Source: Klebsormidium nitens
Taxonomy: Eukaryota; Plantae; Klebsormidiophyceae
Direction of reading: 5' to 3'
Assembly: GCA_000708835.1 (NCBI GenBank)
Contig: DF237342.1
Location: 1-64,000, forward strand
DNA length: 64,000 bases
Part shown: in pieces, positions 47,155 to 59,703 of the stretch
How the letters are laid out: each line of letters starts with the position of its first letter
Numbering within the stretch: position 1 is the stretch's first letter
The notes under the pieces: model-generated
What the model was told of the DNA's origin: nothing
What the model saw: the letters and a program-made list of their open reading frames with translations, nothing else
The model's database searches: none
Position numbers and translations under genes: made by a program

Positions 47155-50100
47155 ATGGTCGCCCTCTTCCACCCCTTAATCGTCAAGCAAGAACCGTTGG
47201 ACGAGGCTCCCCAGACCTCCCATGACCCCTCCTTCGCAAGACCCCCCTTCCTCGAGGTTAAGCTTGAAGTTTTCAAAGAGTCCAGCCAGTCCCGCCCGAC
47301 TCCCACTTCCAGTCAATCGAGTACCCCTGCAAGCCCACAGAGATCAGCACTCATTGACCCGTCAAAGGGGCCCGAGGGCCTCCATGAAGCTAAAGAAGGC
47401 GAGTTTCGAGGCGTACGGGAAACCAAAGATGTTGCCTCAGACAAGGCATCAGCGGTCGAAGCGGAGAACTCAGTTCGTGACTTGGATCCTTGGGGAAGGC
47501 AAATGCATAGTCAATCAGCGACCGCTGGAAGTGTTGATGCACTTGGGGGAGAAGCAACGGACGGCGCTTTGCACGCTGCTGCGCAGGATGAGTGTTCACC
47601 GCTAGCGCCTTGTGAGTATCCCCCGCCGGCGCAAGCCGCCGCCGCAGACGAAGCGGAGCGGCTGCGAGAGGACCTTCGGAAGATGAGCGTAATGATGGCT
47701 CGGTTGCAGGACAAGGTGCTCGCCACGTGCGGTCAGACTACGGAGGAGTTTGCTGAAGTGCAAAGGCTCCTGGACAAGAATCAGTCCCTGCTGCATCAAC
47801 CGCTCGCCCTGGAGCAAGGCTTCGGTTCTAGAATCGAACCGTCAGAGGGTGCCCTTGTGGAGTGGAAATCGGGTGTTATCGACAGAGAAGGATCGGAAGG
47901 GGAAAGAGGGGGAGGATCAGGTGCTTCTGAGACCGAGCAAAATGGGACGGCAAATGAGAAAGGGGCCCCCGGGGAAGCAGACGCGCCAGACATGTTTGGG
48001 AGCAGTGTCACTGGAGTGCGAAGTACTGATTCCGAAAATCGTCAGGGGGCTTTGGGTCGAAGCAGTCCCTCAGAAGCCGGACCCCGTCGTGCAACCATGT
48101 CTGCGGATGTGGATTCGGCAGGGGGGCCATGCACCCCCGGAAAAGACGGGCCAGTCGTTGCGCCCCAGCGAGGAAATGAGAGCATCTGTGATATTGAGGA
48201 GCGAGTCTTGGCAGCTCTTGGGGACGAGCCGCGCGTGCGGTCGTCCAAAGGGTCCGTGTCCGAAGATGATTTGACAGCTGGCGGTGTCACGGGTGGCGAG
48301 AGCGGTACTCCATCTGCGAAGACCGGGGCCACTGAGGGTCTGCATTCTGCCCCCCGGTTTGGAGAGTCACCCCTGGGGGATCCCTTCAGCCCCACGACCC
48401 CTGCAAAGACGGCTACCAAGACGGGGGGTGAGATGGCAGAGTCACTGACCCCCCCGGGAGGAGAAACAAGCCCGGGCGCCTCGGAGGTGCTTTCTACGGC
48501 GGGCGCTGATGAGCACGAGCACTCTGGTGTGAACGGGCACCTCAGTGAGACCGTCCGCCTTGGTTTGGATTGCCCCCCAGCGCTGGATCCTTTCGACGGA
48601 GATGTGGGCAGCGGGTTAGAGGATAACGACGACGGGTTTGACAGTGAACCCGAGGAAACCCCGCTCATCGAGGAGGAGCGGATTGCAATCGTGCCAATGG
48701 TGATGCCACTGCTGTTTGCAGAGAGCGAGGAGGAAGAAGAAGGCGGGTTAAGAGAACCAGACGGGGTTGCGGTTGAACCTGTGGGGGGGAACCTGGCCGT
48801 TCCGGAGGAGGACGTCTGCGAGCCCGAAGTGGTTAAGAAGAAGGCTAAGAAGCCGGCGAAGGGGCCTGGAAGGAAGCATGTAGCTGGAGGATCCAAGGGT
48901 CGGAAGAGTAAGGGGGGAAAAGTGGGAAAGGGAGGAGGGGTTGCTGACAAAGGGAGCAATACGACACGCGGAGAAGGTAAGACTGGTGGGGGAATGATCA
49001 CCATTGATGGTGACGATGGGGACGGCATGGAAGATCGTCCGTGCGCAAGGTCAACAGTAGAGGCGTCCTGGGTTGTCTTCCGTGCTTTGAGCGGGACGAT
49101 TAGGCTCAGAGAAAGCAGCGATAAACAATGGTCAAGGAAGTCGTGGCGAGGTTGTGCGTCGTTGTGGGCCTAATGGCCGAGCCTTGCATGAACCATCTTA
49201 CTACCTCAGCACAAAGCGAGCCATGCCCTCATATTTTCTCTCCAGAAGGCCTGGACATGAGGTAACGTCCGGGGGACAACCGGCCACCTATCCGCTCCAT
49301 AATGCGCAGATGGTACGACGCACTGATGCGCTTCCGTTGGGCTTATGCGTTCGCGACGCCCTTCGGTCGCTGGAATATTTCGCGAATCGTCGAGTTTGAT
49401 TTTGGCTCACTATTTGCAGCGACACCGGACGAACAGAGGGCCTGGAAGTCGTACGATCGCGTGTTCAAGAGGAGCTTTATGCGAGTGATGCTGCCATCGC
49501 ATGTGGGCGGTGGCTACTGGCTGGTGAGCTGAGCTTCCGCTTCGTCTCGCAGTTTTGATATCCCTTTCTATCCTTCATTCTTCCCTCGTTTCTGTTGGTC
49601 GTTCGGATAACAAGCTCTAACTCCAGTGTTCGACCCAAATCAAGCAGGCCACCCGCGAGTCTGGTGCTCTTCTCCTTTTCGTTTTCCCTCTTTCCAATGC
49701 ACCCGAATCGTTCCTCACGTCAGTCGCAAGAATTTGTTGCTTCTCGTGTCCCAACTATGGTCGTCTAAGCTCTCTGGCCGCACGGCAGGCTATACAAAAC
49801 GATGTGATTGTACGAGTTGCACGCTCCAGAGATTCTGTTCGTTTTCAATCAAAGAGGAAACTTCTTTCTGGTTAGACTCGGGCGACACCCGAAGTTGTTT
49901 GCAAAAGTGTAATCGCAAACTGTGGTGACAAGCCCGCGAACAGAAATGTTCCTTGGCCCCGAATCTGTTGCAACGACTCCATTCTTACTCCTGCCCTAAG
50001 CACGATCCTTGCAACCGACTCACCCCCCTCTCCCCCGCAGGGCGTGCCGATACCCACCGCAAATCGCTTCATGAAGCGGGGACAGTGCGCGGTCACTTTC

Positions 50101-53100
50101 GAGTCGGGGGGGAGTAAGCACTCGGTCGTCTGGCTCTGGAGGGCACCGGACAGGCCCCCCCGGAACGGCGAAAAGAGTCAAAAAACCAAGAGCGACAGTC
50201 GAGGGTTCAGCGGAGGTTGGAAGGGGTTCGCGCGGGACCACGGACTGGTGACAGGCGATGCGGTGGTTTTCGAAAAAGTGGGCAACCGTCGGTTCCGGCT
50301 GCATCTGTTCCGGCGGAGCGCTTTGGGCGGAAGTGTGGAGAAGGCCGCAAAGGCTGCGAATGAATTGGCGGAACGGCTTGACGGGGAGGGGGGCGGGAAA
50401 GGTTTGGAATTGTCGGGGGGGCAAAAAAAGCGGGCAGCTGGTGGGGACGAAACGGAGGTGGGGGATGGTCGGTCAGTTGCGAAGCAGGCGAAGCCGGCGA
50501 ACGTGTCTGGCGACGGAACGACCGGCGGAACGACCGGAACAGGCGTCCCCGGTGGTGTGGCGAACAAGCAGAGGCGGGGTCTGGACGAAGGGATGGACGG
50601 GGTTTTGACTGAGAAGCGGAGGAAAGTAGGGGTAGACGAGCGAGGGGGAAAGCGGGCGGAAAAGAACGGAATCTCTTTGATCGGATCAAGTGCACCCGGA
50701 GTTGAGCTGCAGACCGCTGCTGAGCGAAGAGTCCGGGCAAGCGGGTCGTCGGTCGGGACGGCGGACGCGGTGAAAGGTGCGGTGATTGATGAACTTACGG
50801 ACAAGAAGAAACGGCCGAAGGTGGAGGATTCTACAAAACCGGAGAAGGGGCCGTTGGCTGAAAGGCCTTCGACAGGGGAGCGTATGGACATGGAATGGAA
50901 CAAGGAGAAGAGGGGTCTGGTTGGGCAGCCCCCAGCCCAGGGGGATCCCCCGGTGGGGACGCGGCAGGCGAAGGTGACGGAAATCTTTCCGGTCGTCAAA
51001 AGGGCGAAAGTGGGCGTGTCAAAGGACTCCGCTAAAAGAGAGGAGGGCCGCTCCGGAACCAAAGTCAACGGGGCGGAGGCGCAATCCTCGCCAGCTGGCA
51101 ATGCGGATGTGACAGCTGTTACGACAGCTGGAAGGAAGCCCGAGAGAACAGGTGGGTCGGGTGGGGCAAAACGGATCAAGCACACGCCAAAACGGGGCGT
51201 TTCGCAGGTTCTGGGGGGGAAGAAGCGGGCTCGAGATGAAGGCAAGGAACCCCCCAAGAAGCTGCAGAAAGGCGCCCGGGGCGGGGTCGTTCCAGAGGAG
51301 CGGAACGGCGGAACGACGGAAGAGCCGGAAGCGGAATACGAGGGGGGCCGGCTGGTGCACTACGTGGACGGGGGCCACCGGTACGTGGAGGCCTCCGAAG
51401 CGGACAAAGGGGCGGCGAAAGTAGCGATGGAGCGGTGCGCGAGCGCGTTCCCGACGTTCCGGGTGGCGCTGTCCAAGTCGCAGACGGACAAAGGATTCAG
51501 GCTGGTGAGTGGGCAGGATCGAGGCTTCGTTCAACGATTTCTGCAGGTTGTTTACTGATAGACCTGGGGCTCATGTAGGAAGTTGAGCAGGCCTGGAAAT
51601 CATAGAGTCGGCTGCAGATGAAAGATTTCATCTAGGAGCACATGAAGGCTGGCTTGTTCGCCAGGTTTCCATACTCGTTTAAGATTCTGGATGCTACTCA
51701 GGTTTCAGCACCCTTCTCGACTTCCTTGTGAGTTTCTTTCGGGGTGCAAACCTTTGCAAGCTCTTGAGGTTGACTCGGTGGCTTGGAACCGCTTGAGGTG
51801 CACCTCAGAGCGCTGAGAATCTTCCTTGATTCAAGGCCATCGAGCCCCCTCCAAATCTGCGGCTTTGGCTGCCGGCTGGGGCTGCCTCCGAATCCCACAA
51901 TCTATCGAACTGAAGGTGCCTTTGAAGTGCGAACTAGGAGAACTACGCCTTCTTCAGAGGGCGTCATGACCCAGCTTTCCCACCAAAGACGCCTTCGACC
52001 CCTTGCTCGACCATACTTTGGGTCCACGACTCAATTGCGTCCACGACTTACGATCTCTAAACCACGAATTGAGAATGTTCACCAGAACCTGCTTAACCTG
52101 CAGGGCGGGATGACCGACTTCTTCCGCCAGAACGGCGGCGAGCCCTTCCGCATCACCGCGCTCGCCGACGCACACCGCTGCATCTGACACGACTGAAACT
52201 TTCAATCCAAAGATAGGAAATGGAAAAGCTAAGAGTTTTCCGCTCTGCAGGGAGGGATGACCGACTTCTTCCGCCAGAACGGCCTCGAGCCCTTCCGCAT
52301 GACCGCGCTCGCCGACGATGGCGGCCGCCTCTGGCACGCCAAGATCAACAGCCAGGCCGCCGCGCTCAGCGGCGGCTGGCGCGGCTTCGCGCTGGACCAC
52401 CGGCTGGAGGTCGGGGACGCGCTCGTCTTCGCTCTAGTTCTTCCGTACGTGTTCGCCGTGCGCATTTTCAAGGCGTCCCGGGGCGGAAAGGAAGACGACT
52501 GCGTGGCCGCGGGGGGCGCGAGCGAGGGGCAGCCGGTGCGCGGGGAGGAGCGGATACTGTCGGGCGACCAGGTGAGGGGCAATTGGGCTTCTTGCTGACG
52601 TAGTGTGACGGAAGCTGACGTCAGGGCGCTGGTTTACCAGGCCCGGGCGGTGTGCAGGGAGAAGCGCCGGCAGTTGGGCGACCAGGCTAGGGGATGACGT
52701 CACGGGCACTGTCCTGTTGAAGTCTGTACTGTGCTTCTGGCGCGTTGTCGGGTTTTGTTGATGTCTGCTCGAGCGCGAGCAAAGTCAAGCTTGTAAGTTT
52801 CCGGGCTGATTTTGGAGGTTGCTACGATCTGCTCAAATTCGACGAAAGGATTTGTTTATTCTTGCCGCTGAGTTCGTCTTTCTTCTATTGGACTTCCAAC
52901 GGGCTCCTCTTTCTCAATGCGAGAAAGAGGCACAACCAGTTTGCATATTGACGCGATTTCACACTCCCCCTGCAGAAGAAGCGACTGGCAACTATCCGCG
53001 GGCTCCCCGGGGGCCTCCCGTCGCGAAACCAAAAACCTCCCCGTTCAGCGCCCACCTTACCTTCCCCCCAAAACGGAAACAAGCGCCCGACCTCCAAGCC

Positions 53101-53875
53101 GGCTCAGGGGAGTTCGCTCGCGCGAGCGGACGTTGCTCCGAAGGACAAAGGGGGGGCTTTAGAAAAGGCCTTTAGTGGCGGGACCAAGACAACGAAAAGT
53201 GCTCTGTCTGGTGGATCGAACGGCGCTCCCCCAAGTGCTGCCCGCAAGCCAGCTGTCAACCGCACGTGGCCGGTGATCCCTCGCACGGCGACAGCTGTCA
53301 AGCGCGCGGTGGGCCTTGGGCCGTCCGGACCTCAGACGTCCGAACACGCAGGGCCGTCCCGCAAATCGGACGAGCCCTGTAAAGTAGAGGCGTCCGGAAA
53401 AGTGGTAGTGTTTGGCAGTGCCGAAGCGTCCGGAATGGCAGAGACGTCCGGAAAAGCGGAAGTGTCCGGCGGCTCCGGACCATCCGACAAAAGAGAGAGG
53501 TCCGAGAAAGCAGGAGTGTCCGGCATTCTGGGGCCGTCAAGAAAAGCAGAGACGTTGGAACGCACAAGAGCGTCTGGCAATTCGGTACTGTCTGGAGAAG
53601 CAGAGACGTCCGGAAAAGCAGGTGTTATCGGAAACGGAGGGGCGACGGAACCCTTCGGGTTGTCCGCAGAGCTAGGGGCGTCCGCATTCCCCAAAGCAGG
53701 GACGTCCGACAGAGGGGGTTCCGCGAAACCAGAGGCAAATGCGAGTGCGCTTGTATCGACAGTGGTACAGATAAAGCACAGCAAGGTGGCGGTGGCGTTC
53801 CGAGTTGACAGGAAGAAAAAGGGAGGGTTGAAAAGCAACGCAGAGCTCATGGCGGAGCGGTTGAATATGCTCTGA
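47155..53875 (+). CDS. Large (about 1600 aa) B3-domain transcription factor with two REM/VRN1-like B3 domains
   Basis: Exons 47155-49049, 49310-49523, 50041-51504, 52251-52571 and 52976-53875 join in frame. B3-1: FMRVMLPSHVGGGYWLGVP...FSGGWKGFARDHGLVTGDAVVF. B3-2: FRVALSKSQTDKGFRLGGM...LSGGWRGFALDHRLEVGDALVF. An acceptor just before the ATG means an upstream exon is possible. Confidence 0.88.
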
Positions 53876-55469
53876 GGACTCGCGCTCGCCCATGAATAGT
53901 GTGGATGACAATTAGGTGAAGCTGAAGTTCGCACGCGTATGGCATCATGGCGGACCAGCAAAGCAATCAATGCGTTGTCTAATGTGTCTCTTGGACATGC
54001 AGGGTGTATGCCACGCGTGACGCTTTCAGCAGCACATCTGACCTTTTACTCAAGGTGGCGTGTGCCAGACCCGGCACCATTTTAATTGTCTGCTCGATCT
54101 AGCAGCGCAAGCTTTGCATGATCGACGTACTCGTACAAGCAACCCTTCAGTCTATGCAACGTCGATCGAAGTTTGAGCTTCCGACTGAGTAGGAGTCACT
54201 GGATGACTGGTCTTTATTTAATGCACTGCACCGTACTCGGATCCGCCATTTATGCACAATGTGATTGTGATCCCATCGTGATATTTGTGATCCGATCGAG
54301 CGCGCTTACTTCTACTGCATCTTTGTTGGAATGATTCAATCGTGAAGTCTGCTCATGCCGCAGCTGCATGTTATGGTGAGTCCGATAGCCTAACGTAGCG
54401 GCCAAACAGCAGAAATCGAGCACGCATGCACCATGTCGATCCACCATATGTGCATGTGGATTAGCGTACTTGCAGTGGATACCTACTCGGTCGACTCTAG
54501 CTTTGCAATCATCAATGAATCATTCAGCTAGGGTGTATAGAGAGCCAAGACTTGAAGAACTTCATGTCGGGGGCTTAGGAGCGTACGTAGTCGATTGTAC
54601 TGTGCCAGAAGCCATTTGCGACTCCGTGGTCACGCTTCAACCCTTGGGCCTTGAAGTCAAGCCGAGATCCTTGACCATTATTTGGTAGGCTGCTCATAGT
54701 CTAAGCTGCATCAATCGGTGATAGGTGCATGTGCATGCAATGATGTGACCAATCAGTTCCGGTGACGGCGGTGACAATCGACGATCGCGCTGAAGGTCGC
54801 CGACAATCGCATACTGGTGAAGTGTGACACGAGACAGACTGCACTAGGACCCGGTAAAGACAACTTTCACCAGGTTCTCGGACTCCGCTTGCCCCGCTCA
54901 CCAGATATGTAATCACCTCCAAAGGTCAACGCTTAGCTTGGGGTTTCAAACCGCGTTTTGAGCCCGTCTGGGTTCTTCATTTGTGAGCGGGTTAATCGGT
55001 GCCACGCTGGCGTTATGGATTCCCAGTCAGCTCTTATTACTGAAGGAAACACTGAGGACAGGGAAGTACTACCACGCTGAATTGACCACTTCGCGCACTC
55101 GCCCGATGACGCGAACCAGTATTCCAGAAATGCGATATGAAATGCAACGATAATTGCAGCTTTGATGGCGCTCGAGTGTTCGAAGCTTTCACCTGCAGGC
55201 TGGGTGCTTTGATGCAGAATGCGGACGTATTGCGCATTCTTGCTGGAGGTATCTTGGGAATGATTGTGTGGCAGAATTGGCGAGTACTTCAATCTCCCGA
55301 GGGTCGCACCCTCTTTTCTGCATCCAACGACCTAACATGCCATCATGAGCTGTCACAAAGTCTTGAGGGATTGCAGCAGATAGAGAGTTTCTCTCCTGGA
55401 GTAGCTGGGACGATTCCTCCAATTAGATAAAACAAGCCCAACCGGAAGCATAATGTTTCCCTGTTGCAG

Positions 55470-58400
55470 CGGCATGCGCTGCGACACGGCCGGCGACCGC
55501 GCGTCCCCCGAGCAGGCGGAGCGCTCCCTCTTCCTGGGCGCGCTGGTCGCCCACATGGACACCCTGCGCGCGCGCATGGGGGGCGACTGGGCCGCCTTCG
55601 CCGACGAGCTGCACCACCGCATACTCCCCGCGGTTCACGGAACGGGTGACGTCATCATCGACGTCACCTCCCTGCAGAAGATGGCGGACGGCGTCAGGGA
55701 GCAGTGCATGGCGTGGCCCGGCCCGGTGCGCGCATGGTTTGACGCGCTCGCGCCAAAATTGCGCGCGGCCGCGGCCGGCATCGCGCTCCCGAGGGGGTGG
55801 CGGGAGAAGCAGGACTTGCTCAACCACTTTCAGCAGATAGAGAGGAGGCTAGGGAGGGGAGAGGACTTGCAACGAGAGCTCAAGATTGCAAAAGCTTCGG
55901 GTAAGGAGCAAACGAACGAGTGCAGCCGATTTGACGCTGAGAGAGGCTTATTTGGTTTGCGGCCAGGATTTACTTTGCCTTGGAGGCAAAAGAGCGCACT
56001 TCTTGCGGTTCTTGTTGTCTAGAATACTTGTAGGCATCTTACTTTCAAACACCATCTGTTCACGCTCGGAGAAAGCCTTCTCTCATTGCAAGGTTGTCAA
56101 AGAAACGAGTCGGTCGCTTCTTTCCTCTTTCGAGTCTTCCAATCTGCTTTCTTCCGTTCAACTGGTTCGTTTACAGTTGTCCCGTTCTACATTCCCGGTC
56201 AAACAGATTGAGATTGTTTACGTCTTGCTTTCTAAATCCCGTTCGCTTTCTGCTCTAAGTGTCCCGTTTTGTTTCTTCTCAGGGGGCTGCTTCCCTGGCC
56301 AGGTTAACGACACTCATCTTTGGTCAGTTTAATGACCTCCAACTCTGCACGCAGTCATTTGGGCCTTTTCTTATCACCTTCACTGCTTCCCTTCATTTTT
56401 CTGTGTTTCTCTTGTCTTCAATCCCGTTGAATCTTCCCGTCGCATCCCGCGTCTTTCGTTCCGGCCCTTCTATTTTCACAGTTCCGTTCACCCTGTTCCG
56501 TTCCCATGCTTCCGTTCCATTTCTCCTTAGGGGAGTCCTCCCCCGGCTTCATGGAGGTCGCCCTCTTCTTCTGCACGCTCCGCGCGCCATCCGGCCGCCG
56601 CACGCCCGCCGATTTCTTTGGCACCGCGCGCGCGCTCGCGCCCTCCGAGGGCATCGTCCGGGTGTCCCTCCCCGACTTCGACGGTGTCGCATCGAAGTGC
56701 CGAGAGCTGCCCTTCGGCTGGACATATAGTCGAAAGCGGGCGACCGGGAACACTAGCAAGAGCCTGGAGATCAGCGCGTGCATCGTGCTCGACATCGAGC
56801 ATTTCATGCGCCACGTGGCGGCCGGCGCCGCGCCGGGCGGCCGCGAGGCGACGGTGTTCGTGCACGGGTTTAATAGCTCCTTCGCGTGGGCCGCGCTGAA
56901 GATGGCGCTCTACGCGTACAAGATGCGCGAGCACGCGATCGTCCTCTTCAGCTGGCCGTCTTTCGAGGTAAATTCGTTGGTTATTTCGAAGGCGTGCGTT
57001 TGTATCCGTTCGCATTTCTTTTGTGAGCGCGTTTTTGTGGATGCTGATCATGGTCAGAGGTCGAAGACTTGACTGGCTTCTATGCGTACTTTGAAGAGTA
57101 ATTTTTCCGTGGGCATTGTTGTTGTAGGCATTTACTGCCGTTTTATCTGATGTGCATATCGAGTCGTTTGGAATAAGGGGATCCATCTGGTGAAAGTTAA
57201 GAGCTGAAGTCCCTCCGTTTTCTGCTGGACTTCTCCTGCGATTGTTCAGAAACCTGGGGCGTGCTTTTGGTCTGCGGATGCGGACGGCCCGACGTCAACA
57301 TCTTATGCTATTCAACACAATCCTGCTTTCAACCCAGTTGCTCGCTTTCGGTTCCCTACTAAATCTGATGGCTGCGGCGCCACCAGACTTAAAGAGGCAC
57401 GATCCAACTTTGTGTAGCCTCATACCCAAAACCCTAAAACCCTAAATCCCGGAAACTCCCGCTCCCGCAGTCCGTCGAAGAGTACGGCGGCGACGAGGCG
57501 CACGCGATGTGGGCGGTCCCCCATTTCGTTGCCTTCATGAAGCGCCTGCTGACGTCATACCGCCTGGAGAGGGTGCACGTGCTCGCGCACAGCATGGGCT
57601 CGCGCGTCGCGCTGTACGGCCTCGCGCGCCTTATCGGGTGGCAGGCGCCGAGGGGCGCGGCGCGCGCGCGGTTGGGGCAGCTGGTGCTGGCCGCCCCGGA
57701 CTTCGACACCGGGGAGTTCTTCGACCTGCAGGCGGAGCTGAGCCAAGTGGTGAGAGAACTTGTGCAGAATTTACGCGCGCTTTATGAACTTCTTTCTGAT
57801 AACCCGTGCTTTGACACCGAAGATTTCTTCGACCTGCAGGCGGAGCTGAGCGAAGCGGTGAGGAAACTTCTGCAGGATTTACGCGCGCTTTTTGAACCAT
57901 TCTTTAGTAACCGGTCCTTTGACACCGGGGAGTTCTTCGCCGAGCTGAGCCAAGTGGTGAGGAACTGCTGCAAATATCACGCTTGGCAAATCGATTTTGT
58001 GATTCGTACCACGAAGGTCTGTGCGGATGGTAAAATCTAATTTCGAGAGGTAATCGATGGCCCAAACAGTGGCTGGCGCTTTTGATGAGCGCCATTGCAG
58101 CTTCTTTGGATCTGGCGAAACCTCCCCATCTTTCGAAAGGGATTGAGGGGTCCTTGTGACATCCGTCAGAATCATAATTTTTTGTGACCGAAGCGCTGAC
58201 AGAGCCTTATCTGAGCAAGTAAGGTTCCTGTAGTCTTACCTTCTGAACGGTCCAATAGTACGTGACCCATTGCTATGCCCACTTGCCATTCTGAGAAAGC
58301 TAAGAAAGCGCGATTTTTAAAGTTTATTGATCTACGCAGACTGGGAAAAGATCCCATGTGTCTCGACCGCGGGAACCGTATTGCGCAGCGTTCAGGACCC

Positions 58401-58853
58401 TTCATGCTTACCAGTTCTGACGTGATTGCTACGTCCCACATTTTTCGACAGGTTGAGCGCGTCACCGTTTACTGCTCCGCCAACGACCAGGCCCTCCACG
58501 TGTCCGCGAGCGTGCACGGGGGCCTCCCACGCCTGGGCCACTTCAGCGCGCGCGCGCTGCTCTCCGCGAGCCGCCACGTGCCCCTCGCTGACAACTTTGA
58601 CGTCATCGACGCCACGGGTTTCGACAAGAGCGTGATCGGCCATACGTACGTCTTCACGCACACCGGCGTGGTGGAGAACGTGTGCGCGGTTTTGCGCGGC
58701 GCGGCCGCGGCGTCGCGGCGCGCGACGCTGCGCCTGGAGCGCTTCGAGGACGCGTTCCGTTGCTGGCGCTTCACCGGGTTGGCGGAACGGCCGGAGAAGG
58801 CGGAACAGGAGAACGTGGAGTCGGAACTATGTGAAGAGCATAAGACGTCGTAG
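55470..58853 (+). CDS. DUF900-family alpha/beta hydrolase (esterase/lipase-like), copy 1
   Basis: Exons 55470-55900, 56531-56967, 57471-57749 and 58452-58853 are in frame. Motifs VFVHGFN, FSWPS, AHSMG (nucleophile), LVLAAPD, VYCSANDQAL, IDAT, GHTY. The 5' start is unresolved, and an exon near 55210-55300 is possible. Confidence 0.88.
57750..57965 (+). repeat. Two decayed copies of the DUF900 copy-1 exon end and donor
   Basis: ttgacacc...ttcttc....gagctgagc.aag.g|gtgag is repeated, ending at 57857 and 57956. The true donor is at 57749/57750. Confidence 0.9.
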
Positions 58854-59232
58854 GAAGCCGCGAGAAAATTACTACTACTTTGTAATACCCTAAGAGACGG
58901 CGAAGTACAGATGTTTGTGTAGAAAGTTTGCGGTCTGATGGATTTGTCAGCAATATCGGTTCTGGAAGCAAGCCTGATGTTCGAAAACGGAAAACATCTC
59001 CAGTGATTACCGGCTTGATTCCCGCGTGTCCTTGCAAACAGTACATAAGTCCAAAGGACTAGAGTGACGCGTGCCAAGTTGCAAGTTGTATATGAACAGA
59101 CCAACGCAACAGTAGCTGTTCGAAAGACTCCATCAACGTCCTTTGCATACGAACCCTTTTGCTTTCTCTTCCTTCTCCCGTCTCTCAAATTTGATAAATT
59201 ATCGCAAGCCTGCATTTTAAACCAGCAGAAGC

Positions 59233-59282
59233 TTCAGGGTTCAGAAGCTTCAGGGTTCAGGGTCAGGGTCAGGGTCAGGGTT
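59233..59282 (+). repeat. Telomere-variant (T)TCAGGG tandem repeat with G-quadruplex potential
   Basis: cagggttcagggtcagggtcagggtcagggtt contains at least four GGG runs with 3-4 nt loops. Confidence 0.7.
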
Positions 59283-59703
59283 ACAGGCAACATGTCTCCG
59301 GATGTCTTCATAGTTTATAGTCTCATCATCTGAGTAGAGTAGTAAGATGGAAGTATACATTCATGTACGGACATGACATCGGAAAAGACGAGGTCATGAA
59401 AGAGCTTTGATTGGTTTTGAAGCCCGTCTTGGTGTTTCCCGCAAACGCGGGGGTTTGATGCACATGGACGGCTGCAAAACATTCAAATTCTCTCGAATCA
59501 ATTCTAGCTAGGGTTCAGATTGAGTAAAGATTTCCGAGAGCGGTCCGGGTGGCTTAGAAGTCCATGCAGTCTTCCAATAGCCTTTGGAATCGACAGTGCT
59601 ATATGTTCGGGTATGTCGCAACGAACGTAAGCATTGCGTTCTTAAATGCCTCTCGGTGCAAACGTCGTGAAACGATCAAACAAAAGACTGCTTGGATTCG
59701 GAA

